From an uncultured delta proteobacterium (GTDB lineage: Bacteria; Desulfobacterota; Binatia; Binatales; Binataceae): a stretch of DNA of 64,000 nt. This document shows positions 11,143-21,380 of this stretch, piece after piece. The notes beneath the pieces are model-generated. The model was not told the origin of the DNA. It saw only the letters and a program-made list of their open reading frames with translations, and did not search any database. Within the stretch, counting starts at the first letter, position 1, and each line of letters starts with the position of its first letter. A program made the position numbers and the translations under genes. The DNA lies in the NCBI GenBank assembly GCA_963842085.1, contig CAWJET010000001.1:512001-576000 (forward strand). Direction: 5' to 3'.

Positions 11143-12807
11143 CTAATCCGCCAGCAGCCGCTGTTGCGCGTCCCACTCGATCGGAACACTGGCTTGCGTC
11201 TTGAGACGCTCGGCCGAGAGGCAGACGCTTTGTCGCCCGGCGCAGATGGATTCCACGATCGATGGGGCGAGCAATGCGAGCGGCACCAGATGGCGCACAT
11301 AGCTGTCGCTCACACCTTCTCGGGCTGCGATCTGTGTGGTCGACACCGCAGTTCCAGCCGCCAGTTCACCGAACCACTGGTAGCCGCGGCACAACGCTCG
11401 CAACAGGGAGGGATCTGTCCGAGGTACTGCGACCTTTTCTCCCCGGATTACCAGCCGGGTCTCGATGCCACGCCGTCTCATCTGCAGTGGGACAAAACGG
11501 GTCATTCGGAGGTTGGCTCCGCTCGCGGGGAATCGATCGGATGGGAGAAGCGCTCGGAGATCGACTGTGATCTGCATCCCATCCCGCTTCAACTCCACTC
11601 GCTCGAGCGGCGTGCTGGTCTCCGATTCCGCTTCGGTCTGTTCAGATGATTTGATCCTCGACCCGATTACCTCGACCGCCTGCTTGAGTTCCGCGGCAGC
11701 AAAACCGCAGGCTCTAAGGGTTGATGCCAGCGCGCCGCGATCCGAGAGGATCTGTCGTATGCCGGCCATCACTGCCAGTTCAGTACGCTCAGCGGGCAGG
11801 CGCCACCCGCGGTCATCCGGCTTACCCCTGACCAGTCTCTTGGAGACCAAATAACGGTAGCGCCGCTGTCCTTTTTTCGCCCAGCAGGAATAGAGCGGCT
11901 CGCCGCTCTGATCGAATAGTTTGCCCATGAGGAGGCCAGGGCTTCTTCTGACCGTTCTTCCCCGCGGGTGAGCGGCTTTCTTGCTCAGCATCTCCTGAAC
12001 CCGCAGCCAGGTCGCTCTCTCGATTATCGCCTCATGCTGGCCCGGATAGGTGACGTCCTTATGCCGGATTTCGCCCAGGTAGATCGGGTTGGCCAGCTGG
12101 TGATAAAGCGCGCCGCGTCCGAAGGGGAAACCGCCGTGCCGCACATTTCCTCTCGACACCCATTGCTTCGAGATGATCGACCTGCGGTCCAGTTCCTCTC
12201 TCACCCGGCGCAGAGTCTTGAGCTCAATATAGAGCCGGAATATCAAACGCACCGTCTTAGCTTCGGCTTCGTTTACCACCAGACGACGATCGCGCAGGTC
12301 GTAGCCCAGCGGCGGCATGCCTCCCATCCACATCCCTTTCTGCTTGGAAGCAGCGATCTTGTCGCGGATGCGCTCGCCGGTTACTTCGCGTTCGAACTGG
12401 GCAAACGACAGCAGCACGTTTAAGGTCAATCGGCCCATCGACGTGGTGGTGTTGAATTGCTGCGTAACCGCAACAAACGACACTCCGTAGGCATCGAAGA
12501 TTTCCACGATCTTCGCGAAGTCGGCCAGAGAACGGGTGAGGCGGTCTACCTTATAGACCACGACCACGTCGATGCGCTTTTCCTTGACGTGGGCGAGCAG
12601 GGCTTTCAGGGCTGGTCGATCCATGGTCGCGCCGGAAAATCCGCCGTCGTCGTACCCCGTTTTAACCAGCCGCCAGCCCTCGCCGGCCTGACTCTTGACG
12701 AAGGCTTCGCAAGCCTGGCGCTGCGCATGGAGCGAATTGAAGTTCTGTTCCAGCCCTTCCTCGGAAGACTTTCGGGTGTAGATTGCACAGCGCTTGGGAG
12801 CCGTCAC
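11143..12807 (-). CDS. large serine recombinase (resolvase + recombinase domains)
   Basis: CAIYTRKS catalytic Ser, DDGGFSG..RPAL, VYKVDRLTRS, GGMPPLGY, NPIYLGEI. Confidence 0.95.
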   Translation of the reverse strand: MTAPKRCAIYTRKSSEEGLEQNFNSLHAQRQACEAFVKSQAGEGWRLVKTGYDDGGFSGATMDRPALKALLAHVKEKRIDVVVVYKVDRLTRSLADFAKIVEIFDAYGVSFVAVTQQFNTTTSMGRLTLNVLLSFAQFEREVTGERIRDKIAASKQKGMWMGGMPPLGYDLRDRRLVVNEAEAKTVRLIFRLYIELKTLRRVREELDRRSIISKQWVSRGNVRHGGFPFGRGALYHQLANPIYLGEIRHKDVTYPGQHEAIIERATWLRVQEMLSKKAAHPRGRTVRRSPGLLMGKLFDQSGEPLYSCWAKKGQRRYRYLVSKRLVRGKPDDRGWRLPAERTELAVMAGIRQILSDRGALASTLRACGFAAAELKQAVEVIGSRIKSSEQTEAESETSTPLERVELKRDGMQITVDLRALLPSDRFPASGANLRMTRFVPLQMRRRGIETRLVIRGEKVAVPRTDPSLLRALCRGYQWFGELAAGTAVSTTQIAAREGVSDSYVRHLVPLALLAPSIVESICAGRQSVCLSAERLKTQASVPIEWDAQQRLLAD

Positions 12808-13286
12808 TTCGAGCCATGACTCGCCTCCCGTCCCTTGCCGCGCAGACCGAAGAACTGTGGCCCGTTCCAGTGTGCGCCGGTGATCAGCTGAGCGACCTCA
12901 GTGAGCGAGCGGTAGCGCTTTCGTTTGTACAGAACTCCCCGATCGAGCACCCTCACCTCGTGAGTGACGCCGTGCCACTCGCGTATCAAGACTGTTCCTG
13001 CCGGCGCTGAAGCGGCAGGTTCAAGTTTGAACGGCCGTCCCGACCGCGCCTCGTTGGCGAGGCGAATCAACAGTCTTCTGGTGGAGGGTTTGAGCCCTCC
13101 GTGGACTTGCTCCTGGATTCGATACGCTACGGCGCGGGTTAGCAGTTCGCGGCTGATGCGATGCGGCGGCTGGGAGCCGTAGAGCTCCCTCCACTGCTCC
13201 TTAAGCTCGGCGATCGAAGATGATCTCAAGGAAGCGAGTCGCTGCGGGATCGTCTCCGCCGATTTTGTAAACCTCTCATGCTGCAT
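12804..13286 (-). CDS. DUF2924 domain protein, overlapping the recombinase start
   Basis: AYRIQE..HGGL, GTVLIREWHG, YRSLTEVAQLITGAHWNGPQFFGL; 4-bp overlap with recombinase. Confidence 0.9.
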   Translation of the reverse strand: MQHERFTKSAETIPQRLASLRSSSIAELKEQWRELYGSQPPHRISRELLTRAVAYRIQEQVHGGLKPSTRRLLIRLANEARSGRPFKLEPAASAPAGTVLIREWHGVTHEVRVLDRGVLYKRKRYRSLTEVAQLITGAHWNGPQFFGLRGKGREASHGSK

Positions 13287-13488
13287 GTGTGCCCTGCCTC
13301 CTCTCGGGCAGTCACACACATTGCTCTGGTGCGCTTCCGAAGCCAGTTAGGACGCACTCGTCGCATTCGCCTTCCCATCGCCTTCCATCGTTCAGCGGGT
13401 CTCACTAAATGAGCGCTCATCGCTCGCTTCGTACGCGCAACAGAGCAAGCATGCGTGGCCAGCCGATACGGCTGAAGGAGACCGAGAA

Positions 13489-13728
13489 ATGGAACACGCA
13501 AAATTGGCAAACGCCGAAAAGAATGAGCCGGTAAACATCAAGTCTGCACGAGCGCCACGGAAGAAGACCGAGCGTAAGCCCAAAGCGGAGAAGCTCGTGT
13601 GCCGCTACTGCGGCAGTAACGATCTGGCTCCGAGCTTCATCAAACGACGTGATCGCCGGTGTCGGAAGTGTTTCAGCAAGCGTTATGGTTCGGCGGCGCG
13701 GGCGAAGAAGACGAAGATCAAGAAGTAG
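13489..13728 (+). CDS. small basic CxxC...CxxC zinc-finger protein
   Basis: CRYCGS..RCRKC, Lys/Arg-rich, AGGAG RBS, followed by a terminator. Confidence 0.7.
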   Translation: MEHAKLANAEKNEPVNIKSARAPRKKTERKPKAEKLVCRYCGSNDLAPSFIKRRDRRCRKCFSKRYGSAARAKKTKIKK

Positions 13729-13746
13729 CGCCAAGAGCGGTAACGA

Positions 13747-13783
13747 GGGATCGGGCGCTCATACGCTCGGTCCCTTTTCTTTC
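13747..13783 (+). terminator. probable intrinsic terminator
   Basis: GGGATCGGGCG-loop-CGCTCGGTCCC hairpin followed by TTTTCTTT. Confidence 0.7.
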
Positions 13784-13837
13784 TCCGTTTACCCCCTCCG
13801 CTGGTGTCTGTTCCAATCCGCCAGAGAAAGTCGACTG

Positions 13838-13871
13838 AGGGTTCGAAATGACTGCGCTCCGCCGTCCAGTC
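13838..13871 (+). repeat. degenerate tRNA-3'-like att motif
   Basis: GGGTTCGAAATGACTGCGCTCCGCCGTCCAGTC; downstream GGAGA..AAT..GCGCGTGG also resembles 10909-10935. Confidence 0.6.
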
Positions 13872-13945
13872 TGGCATCTTTCCATAGATTTTGGAGAAGC
13901 GATGAAATCGGCGCGTGGGGTTGCAACGCGGTGTCCTCACACCCC

Positions 13946-16723
13946 TCAGCGGCACCTACCCGTATCGCGCTGCTTCGGTCGGTTGTTCGCGAAATCACTA
14001 ATGTCTCGTGAACCGGAGCGCAGGAAATCCAGGAAGTCGACGTTCTTATATTTGCAGGTCTCACACACGCTCAACAAGACTAGAAAATCGCCAAGGCCCT
14101 TCTCCGTGGTTGTTCCTTCGATCACGCGGCGGAGCGTTGCGAAGGCTTTGATGGCGTGCTCTGCATTGTTGTTGTTCCAAGGTACGTCGTCGAAACCCAG
14201 AAAGGTGAACATCGTGTTGCGGTTCTTCTGCAAGCGTTCGATGATTTTTCTCGCCGCTTCGCCAGCACCAAATTCGCTGGTGAGGCGCTTGTAAAAGCGA
14301 TCGACAAAGATTCGGTGCTTTCCCAGAAATCGCTTCTTCAGGCCATGCCGGTCCACCGTCTCTATCATCGGCTTGACCAAGCTGGCAAAAGCTCCGACGA
14401 GCCTTTTGAGCTGGTCGTCGTAAGGATGCTTCAGTAGCTCGTCGTTTACGTCACGGATGAAGTGAATCAGGCATTTCTGCTGGAAGCACCGAACGGCATT
14501 GTAAGCGGCATAGAAATCCGACACCAGGACCCCCGAAAAATCCTTGAGCATCTCCTGCATGGTGTCCCCAGCCCGGGTCGCGGTATAAAAATAAGCCACC
14601 TCCTCCAGGCTAGCGAGAACCCAGACATAGCCTTCCCTGCCTTTGACGCCAATACTTGTCTCATCGACATGCAGCAAGCGACCGCTGCACAGCCTTTTCA
14701 AGATCAGGCTGTAGGTGCCTTCGTAGGTTTGCGCAGCCGCAGCCTTGAATTGGTTTGTCGTGTTCCGTGAGATGTGCAAACCGAACAATTGTTTTACGCT
14801 GCGGGCAATACGAATCTGTGGAAGCTGCAGGTCGATATTTTGGTATATCGTGTACGCGACAAGATTAGGACCGTACTTGCGGATGGGCAGCTGCCGATCG
14901 GGCGAGTAGAAGGTGCTTCGGCAGGATGGACATCGGTAGCGTTTGACGATGTAACGAGTTACCCACCGCTTTACCCCGTGCTGCATAAATCGAAGGTCGA
15001 TGACAGTCTGGGTTCTCTTGCCATGCGCATAAACCAGCTTCGATTTGCAGGTCGGGCAAGACGAGGGTCGCGGGTATTCGACTGTGGTGTTAGGTACGAG
15101 CACGCGTCGGCGCGTAGCGCATGGTCCTCGTTTGTGTCTCGAGGCACGGTTCGACTTCACATAGACTCGTTCACGCTGGTAATCCCAATATGCGGCCTTA
15201 TTGATGGTTTCCATTTCCGGAAGGACAAATTCGTTTCTTCCGAACCCGTACAGGTTTTCGCCCTTCATATTGGATGTAAGAACCAATTCTCCCTGCGCCG
15301 ATTTGCCCTCACGGGCCGCGACGCGATGCAGGTCGACCAGTCTGTTCGCTAAGAGCTCGAGGGCTTCGCAGTCTTGCCGATTATAGTCGAGTAGGGTCTG
15401 CTTCACGGCGGGGTCCCCGGATACCTCCCATCGATGCCGCCAAACGATCGTTTCGGAGCCCGACCTTAGCGAGCCCGACCATCGGAATCCGAGGTGTCCA
15501 GCGATTTCCTTCAATCCATTGGAGTACGTCGGGAAATAGATCTGTGCGTAAATGAATGAGAGAAGGTTTGTTGAATGATCGACTGCCGCCGCTGCTGGCG
15601 AATCTGCTTGTGGACCGCCGTATCGTTCGCGCATCCGTTTCAGAAAAGTGGTCTCATAGCTGCCGTAGTGGATTAGATGTGGATTCGTGATGGCCGAAAG
15701 AACGGCGAGGAAATCGTTCCATATCAGCCTTTCCGTTTTTGTATTGTCGGCCCAGAAACTGTGTTGAACGCTTCCTTCGGGTGCTTGGACACGCATCCCG
15801 ATCAGGTAGTAGAAATCACGGTCGGGCAGCCCTTCGACATCCAGAAAGACGAGAGTGCCCTCGAAGTTTGGAGCCGGAATGTCGACCGCGTGGATCTTGT
15901 TCTCACGGATTGCCAGCGCCTGCAAGGAATAATGATGTTTCTCTTGCTTGCCCCTCGAGTTCCTGCGGCGTCGGCGCGGACGAAATGTGTGGGACAGTTG
16001 GGTGACCGTGAAGATGCCCTTGTCGTGGAGCCTCTTGCGATCCTTCGCCGACATGCCTGACAGGAGACTGAGTTCGTCCTTTTCTCTAGCCTGCACCCGG
16101 CACCGAGTTTGGAACTCGCACTGGCCGCAGTGTCGATTCAGCACAAGGTCCGGCGGTGAATTGCGGGCCAAGAGTGCGGTGATGTCTTCGATCCGCTTTC
16201 GCACTTCAGTGGCGAAGCCGAGTGTGTTCACCTTTAGCACGGCGTGTTTGTCGCCATGCACTATCTTGCCCAGTTTTACATCGCGTCCAACCACCTCCGA
16301 CAACAAGAGTGCATCGAACGTGACTAGCAGCTTATGTTCCTTGGTAAGTTTGTTGGCGAATTCGAACCGATGAGCGATGAACTGGGCACGTCCGCCGCGG
16401 TCCTTAGCGGGTAGTCTCTCAACAGCCTGTAAGGAAGATTCCAGATCTCTTGTTCTCCAGCGCACATCGACGGCGAGGCGCCAGGTCAGATCCTTGGCAT
16501 TTTCTGGAATCGGCGGCGCGGTCATGCGGTCACTCTCGGAAGGGGATTGGAGCAAACGTTTGAGGCTGTCTCGGAGATATGTCTCCTTTTGCGCGCGAAT
16601 CCACTCTGCATAAACATTCGCGGTGGCCGGTTCGCCGCGTGAGCGGAGCCAGCACTTGGTAGAACATTCGAGATAGCTCTCGAATAGCTGGGAGCTGATG
16701 AGCGAAGCCCCCGTGTTCACCAC
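13946..16723 (-). CDS. TM0106-like RecB/Cas4-type nuclease + RNase H-like domain + IS66-family transposase fusion
   Basis: ECSTKC..HCGQCEFQTRC Cys cluster; FLDVEG/YYLIG/HYGSYE/YN..DC RNase_H_2 motifs; CPTC/CPSC, LHVDET, LVSDFY, QKCLIH, NNNAEHAIK IS66 motifs; start estimated. Confidence 0.85.
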   Translation of the reverse strand: MVNTGASLISSQLFESYLECSTKCWLRSRGEPATANVYAEWIRAQKETYLRDSLKRLLQSPSESDRMTAPPIPENAKDLTWRLAVDVRWRTRDLESSLQAVERLPAKDRGGRAQFIAHRFEFANKLTKEHKLLVTFDALLLSEVVGRDVKLGKIVHGDKHAVLKVNTLGFATEVRKRIEDITALLARNSPPDLVLNRHCGQCEFQTRCRVQAREKDELSLLSGMSAKDRKRLHDKGIFTVTQLSHTFRPRRRRRNSRGKQEKHHYSLQALAIRENKIHAVDIPAPNFEGTLVFLDVEGLPDRDFYYLIGMRVQAPEGSVQHSFWADNTKTERLIWNDFLAVLSAITNPHLIHYGSYETTFLKRMRERYGGPQADSPAAAAVDHSTNLLSFIYAQIYFPTYSNGLKEIAGHLGFRWSGSLRSGSETIVWRHRWEVSGDPAVKQTLLDYNRQDCEALELLANRLVDLHRVAAREGKSAQGELVLTSNMKGENLYGFGRNEFVLPEMETINKAAYWDYQRERVYVKSNRASRHKRGPCATRRRVLVPNTTVEYPRPSSCPTCKSKLVYAHGKRTQTVIDLRFMQHGVKRWVTRYIVKRYRCPSCRSTFYSPDRQLPIRKYGPNLVAYTIYQNIDLQLPQIRIARSVKQLFGLHISRNTTNQFKAAAAQTYEGTYSLILKRLCSGRLLHVDETSIGVKGREGYVWVLASLEEVAYFYTATRAGDTMQEMLKDFSGVLVSDFYAAYNAVRCFQQKCLIHFIRDVNDELLKHPYDDQLKRLVGAFASLVKPMIETVDRHGLKKRFLGKHRIFVDRFYKRLTSEFGAGEAARKIIERLQKNRNTMFTFLGFDDVPWNNNNAEHAIKAFATLRRVIEGTTTEKGLGDFLVLLSVCETCKYKNVDFLDFLRSGSRDISDFANNRPKQRDTGRCR

Positions 16724-16845
16724 ATCCCTAGCGGAGGCGTCCACGCCCTGACTCTCTAGACTTGGTGCGGACCAGTCAGGAGCGAACGGGAACTCTCCGG
16801 ATCGAACCAGGTGGGCGCGCCCAGCGATGCCCGGACCTCGGGCGC

Positions 16846-17787
16846 TCACTCTCCCTTGCTGCGGTGATCGTACGAGATGGAGTAAGCGGCCGATCGGGCC
16901 AGCAGAATCGGATCCGCCGAGAGATCGATGCCGTCGGTCAAGTTGGTGGGGTCGAACACCAGGCGGCGCTCGTCGGCGACGCTGATCGGAGAGAGGCCGG
17001 TCACCTCCAGCCGCCCCAGCTCGACCAGGGGCCGGTCTGTCGGCCACAAGGCGCTGACATCGTCCGTCGGATCGCCCTGCCCAGCCAATTGCAAGAGCAG
17101 GCGGAACACGACCGGACCGTTCCTCAGGCGGCTTTCCAGCTCCTCGCGCAGGAAATTCGTGCTGCGCGTGCTCGCATCATCAGGGGAGAGGTAGGCTTCA
17201 CCGGCCTCGGGTATCCAGCGATAGCGGCCGAATCGGCTGGTGCCATCCGCGGCAGTGAATTTAAAGGCGTGCTCCGCATAATAGCTGGCCCGCCCGTAGC
17301 TGGCCGGCACCGGTTTCCGCATCAGACACTCAATGAAGTCGCGCGTGGCGGGATGACTCTCGAGAAAGCGGGGGACCGCATCGGGTGCGGGCTTGCCGGT
17401 AGCCGGGTCGGGGAGTTGCGCGCGCAGGAACGCGAGAAACTCGTCAGGTGTCCGCGCGGGAAACCCTTCGATGTGGAGCGCCAGGATGTCTGCGTTCTTG
17501 CCATCGGGTAACTGAAATTTCACCGCCAGCGCGCGGGCGTTGGGGATGCCATCGTGTACGTCGGGATCCCCGCTCGAATTGGAGAAACGCACTACGGTTG
17601 GGACCGCTTGCCCTTGTAGATGAAGCGCGCGGCTCACAGCGCGCGCGCCTGCTGAAGCGCGAAACGTACCCGAGCAAACGATTCCCTTGGCGTGAACGGG
17701 ACGAAACCCCGGATGCGGGCCGGCTAGCGTCCGCATGGTCTCCACGAGTTGAGCAATAACGTTTGCTGATGCGGCAGATCCTGACAT
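16846..17787 (-). CDS. catalase-related (SrpA-like) heme peroxidase
   Basis: HPGFRPVHAKG, RFSNSSG, DPILLARSAAY. Confidence 0.9.
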   Translation of the reverse strand: MSGSAASANVIAQLVETMRTLAGPHPGFRPVHAKGIVCSGTFRASAGARAVSRALHLQGQAVPTVVRFSNSSGDPDVHDGIPNARALAVKFQLPDGKNADILALHIEGFPARTPDEFLAFLRAQLPDPATGKPAPDAVPRFLESHPATRDFIECLMRKPVPASYGRASYYAEHAFKFTAADGTSRFGRYRWIPEAGEAYLSPDDASTRSTNFLREELESRLRNGPVVFRLLLQLAGQGDPTDDVSALWPTDRPLVELGRLEVTGLSPISVADERRLVFDPTNLTDGIDLSADPILLARSAAYSISYDHRSKGE

Positions 17788-17837
17788 GGTGGGCCTCCTT
17801 CCTAGATGCGGCGATGTGCCTCAGTCGGTGGTCAGGC

Positions 17838-19364
17838 TTAACCAGCCTGGACAGCTCTCGCCATGGCGAGTTCGCTTTCCAGGCTCTCGCGGTCGCGTCC
17901 GATAGTGGCCACGGCGAGTGTCTTCCCGCCGCGCCGGAATGAGAGCTTACAGTCGTGCTCCTCGATGCTGCCGTCCAAATCCAGCCTGTCCCAAGTCTCG
18001 GCGTGACCAACGTAGTTGAGGGTAAAATCGTATTGAGTTGTCCAGAAGAACGGCACCGGATCGAACCGCTCGCGGCGGCCGAGTATGTTTCGCGCCGCCG
18101 TCTGTCCCTGGCGTTCAGCCACCACCCAGTGCTCGACGCGAATATGGTCCCCAGTCAGCGGATCGGGCCAGCGCGCGATATCTCCGGCTGCGTAAATCTG
18201 AGGAATGCTGGTCTCGAGGTACTCGTTCACCAACACGCCCTTGTCGGTCTTAATGCCAGCTCGCTCGGCAAGATCAATCAGCGGCCTGACGCCGATTCCG
18301 ATCACGACCAGGTCGGCCTCGATCGCGTTGCCGTCCTTGAGCACGACCCTTCGCTCGTCAATCGCGACAACACTCTGCTGCAGATGGAACACCACGCCGT
18401 TTCGTTCGTGCAGACGACGCAGATGTTCGCCCACCTGCGGTCCGAGAACTCTCTCCATCGGCACCCCCTCCGGCGCGACGATGTGGACCTGGAGCTTTCT
18501 GTGAATCAAAGAAGCCGCAACCTCCATCGCAATGAAGCTCGCGCCTACCAGCACGACGCGCCTGGCGTTGGCGGCCCTGCCAATAATCGCGCGGCAATCA
18601 CTCAGCGAGCGCAAGTAAGAAACCTGCGGCGAGTCCGCACCGGGAGTCTTCAGCTTCACTGGCTCAGCGCCTGTCGCCAGGAGCAACGCATCAAATTTGC
18701 GATTGCTGCCATCGGCGAGCTGGACTCCCTTCTTCCACGGATCGATCGCCGCAACCCGCGTATTCAGGAGCAGTTCGATCTGGTGCTCGCGATAGAAGTC
18801 CATCGAGCGAAGCGGGATCCATTCCTCGTTCGCAGTACCGGCTAGAAAATCTTTCGACAGATTCGGCCGGTCGTACGGAGTGGCGTCATCCGCGCTTATC
18901 ATAGTGACGCCGCCAGAATATCCGTCGCGCCGCAGCATCTCTGCCGCGGCGTTGGCTGCAGCGCCGCCGCCCACGATGATGACGTTTTCCGGCGCCTTCG
19001 CGGAAAGGGCCGGCCGTTTCTGCTCGGGCTGTTTTTCGCGGACGAAGAGCGTGCCGCCGCGCGTTTCAACCTTCCAGGAGCTGACCGGGTCAAGCGCCGG
19101 AGCGCGGAGCGCCTCGCCGGTGCGAAGACTGAAACAGGCGTGATGCCATGGGCATCGGACGATATCGCCGGCTATAAGGCCTTCGACCAATGGACCGCCA
19201 TAGTGGGTACAGGACGCGCCGATGGCGAGGTAGGCATCGCCGCGCCGAGCGACCAGGATCGCTTCGCCGTTGGCGTGGCCCTGCACCATGCCGCCGTCGG
19301 CGAACTCGCTGATGGAGACTCCCTCCGCAAAGTCGGGCCCGCTCAGTTTCTTTTCTTCGGCCAT
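17838..19364 (-). CDS. Rieske [2Fe-2S] + FAD-dependent pyridine nucleotide-disulfide oxidoreductase (AIF-like)
   Basis: CTHYGG..CPWHHAC; IVGGGAA; YDRPNLSK; YAAGDIA; PFFWT. Confidence 0.92.
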   Translation of the reverse strand: MAEEKKLSGPDFAEGVSISEFADGGMVQGHANGEAILVARRGDAYLAIGASCTHYGGPLVEGLIAGDIVRCPWHHACFSLRTGEALRAPALDPVSSWKVETRGGTLFVREKQPEQKRPALSAKAPENVIIVGGGAAANAAAEMLRRDGYSGGVTMISADDATPYDRPNLSKDFLAGTANEEWIPLRSMDFYREHQIELLLNTRVAAIDPWKKGVQLADGSNRKFDALLLATGAEPVKLKTPGADSPQVSYLRSLSDCRAIIGRAANARRVVLVGASFIAMEVAASLIHRKLQVHIVAPEGVPMERVLGPQVGEHLRRLHERNGVVFHLQQSVVAIDERRVVLKDGNAIEADLVVIGIGVRPLIDLAERAGIKTDKGVLVNEYLETSIPQIYAAGDIARWPDPLTGDHIRVEHWVVAERQGQTAARNILGRRERFDPVPFFWTTQYDFTLNYVGHAETWDRLDLDGSIEEHDCKLSFRRGGKTLAVATIGRDRESLESELAMARAVQAG

Positions 19365-19631
19365 TGGTTCGCCGAATTTCTATTTTGACTCGTGATCAAT
19401 ACTCGCACCGGTACCGGCCGAACGCAACGAAGAAGTTTTGGCTCGGCCTCAGGGCGTAATGTGATTAGAATGGCGGTCGACGATCCTGACGGCGAACCTG
19501 AAGCGAGCTGAATGATTGGAGACCGTCCCGTTCAACTGCGACGATCTACCCGTCGATAACGATCTCGCCCTACAGCGCTTCGAGAGCGCGCGCAACATCA
19601 AGAAATCTACGCGAGAAGTCCGCTCATTTCG

Positions 19632-19666
19632 CGGGGTTCAAATCCGCCCCTCTCCGCCACCGAGTC
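19632..19666 (+). repeat. tRNA-Ser-like 3' half / att motif
   Basis: CGGGGTTCAAATCCGCCCCTCTCCGCCACCGAGTC; no tRNA 5' half upstream. Confidence 0.7.
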
Positions 19667-19860
19667 CCCCCCTTGCCGAACCAGAGGCGGCGGCGGACCT
19701 GAGAAGTTCTCGTCCGATTGATCGACCGAGGACCGGTTCCCTTGATTCGAAGCGTAGCGAATGGTTCGATTTGTCGCTCGCCGGCCGATTTGATAGTGCG
19801 TGATTTTGAAAATACGAAACTCGGCGGTAGGTTGCTGCAAACCACAGAAGAGGTAGCACA

Positions 19861-20343
19861 ATGATTCTCACGATAATCCCCAGCAAGGAACAGGATCTCC
19901 AACTCGCCGGGATTGCGGCCACCGCAATATGCGGCGCCGGCCTAACGCAGCCCTTTCCGGGGGGCCTACCATCGCGCGGCGACGTGGCGGACGGAGGTTC
20001 GCTGGAAGTCATGTGCGATCCGGCCAACGCTCCCCGGGTAAGGGCAGGATTCGTAGGTGCCGGATTCGATACGATCGAAAGAGTCGCCGATCCTGAAATT
20101 CCGCCGAAGACGAATGTCGTGACTATCGCAGTAGGGCCGGAAAATCAGGAGTATCTACAAATGGCGGATCCGGCCGCCGATGCGCTTTGCGGTGCAGGAC
20201 TCACGGTGGCTTACGCCGACGGCCGATCATACTCGGGAGATTTGTCCTCCGACGCGACGGTCAATGTGCAATGCGATCAAACCGACGCCCCAGTCGTCCA
20301 GCAGGCTTTCGCCGCAGTATGGCAAATGCTCCAGTCTGACTAG
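19861..20343 (+). CDS. hypothetical protein built from two tandem ~75-aa repeats
   Basis: LQLA..AA.AICGAGLT..GD....V.CD..AP.V..F occurs twice; GAGG RBS. Confidence 0.7.
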   Translation: MILTIIPSKEQDLQLAGIAATAICGAGLTQPFPGGLPSRGDVADGGSLEVMCDPANAPRVRAGFVGAGFDTIERVADPEIPPKTNVVTIAVGPENQEYLQMADPAADALCGAGLTVAYADGRSYSGDLSSDATVNVQCDQTDAPVVQQAFAAVWQMLQSD

Positions 20344-20404
20344 GATGATTCGGGCGCGCGGGCGGCTGTTGTATCTAACTTAGGATCGAATTCGTCGGTC
20401 CGAT

Positions 20405-20462
20405 CGTGTGTGTGGGGCGAATTACTGATTTCCCCAGAATCAGCAATTCGCCACCCACAGGT
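20405..20462. repeat. REP-like hairpin, copy 1
   Basis: CGTGTGTGTGGGGCGAATTACTGATTTCCCCAGAATCAGCAATTCGCCAC; matches 39867-39919 and 42544-42590. Confidence 0.85.
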
Positions 20463-21007
20463 GATTTGCAGCGCGATCCGATCACGCCTTCAGGCCCCAC
20501 GCAAAGTCTTTTTCTCGAATCCATACTGGCGTCCTCTGGCCGGTTGAAAGCGATCGCGAGCGAACATTCGTTGTTGCCGCCAGCTACGGCCGCCGATCCG
20601 GCGAGCGGCAAAGGAACCGGCCCGCTGGATTCGGCGGCCAAGGAAGAGCTCGAGCGCGAGGCCCTCGCGAAATTTCTCGGTCCGGTAGCGGAATCGATGC
20701 GGCGGCAAGAGGGCGCTACTCACGCCGCAGCCGCTCTAGCGCGGCCGGCCGGGTCTCGCGGCATCTTCCTGTTCTGGTTAGTGATCGCACTCTCGGCCGG
20801 TGCGATCATCGCGGCCCTCGCAACAAAGTAAGCGGCACGATTTCGATCGCCACTGCCAGTCCCTGAAATCCAAGACTTGGCTTGCCGGTAACTTGCGCCA
20901 GTGAAAGTCTGACGATCTAGCGGCGCATGGCCGGCCCGATCGCTTCCCCCAAAGAAGCGAAAGAAGCAAACGGAGAATGGACCCGTTCCGTCGGAGGAGG
21001 ACTACGG

Positions 21008-21340
21008 ATGTCAAACCGTTCCGAGGCTTTGCCGACCCAGCTGGAGAGCATCAAGTATCTGAGCGAACTAGCCTTGGAATTGCGTGTCTCGTGGGACCAT
21101 TCGACGGACGACATTTGGCGCAAACTCGATCCTGATCTGTGGAGTCTGACGCGAAATCCCACCCTGGTGCTGCACGCCACAGCGGAGACCAAGCTGAGAG
21201 AACTGGCTGGCGAAACGGAGTTCCGACATCGTATCGAGGATTTCGTGCTGGCGCGTCGGCAGTATTCGCATTCACCCGGATGGTATCAGTTTGCCCATCA
21301 AGGCGCGCCCCTTACGCACGTCGCGTACTTCAGTATGGAG
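21008..21340 (+). pseudogene. glgP: 5' fragment of alpha-glucan phosphorylase, truncated by IS3
   Basis: LSELALELRVSWDH..LDPDLW..TRNP..VAYFSME ends exactly at the IS3 end. Confidence 0.85.
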
Positions 21341-21380
21341 TGTACGTCGTCAGAACCTATTGGACAAGTTGGCACAGGAA

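Noticed and set aside
16724-17047. N-terminal extension of the 1033-aa ORF
   Set aside because: It overlaps the catalase-like gene in another frame and has low-complexity Arg/Gly/Pro composition; the start was placed near 16723.
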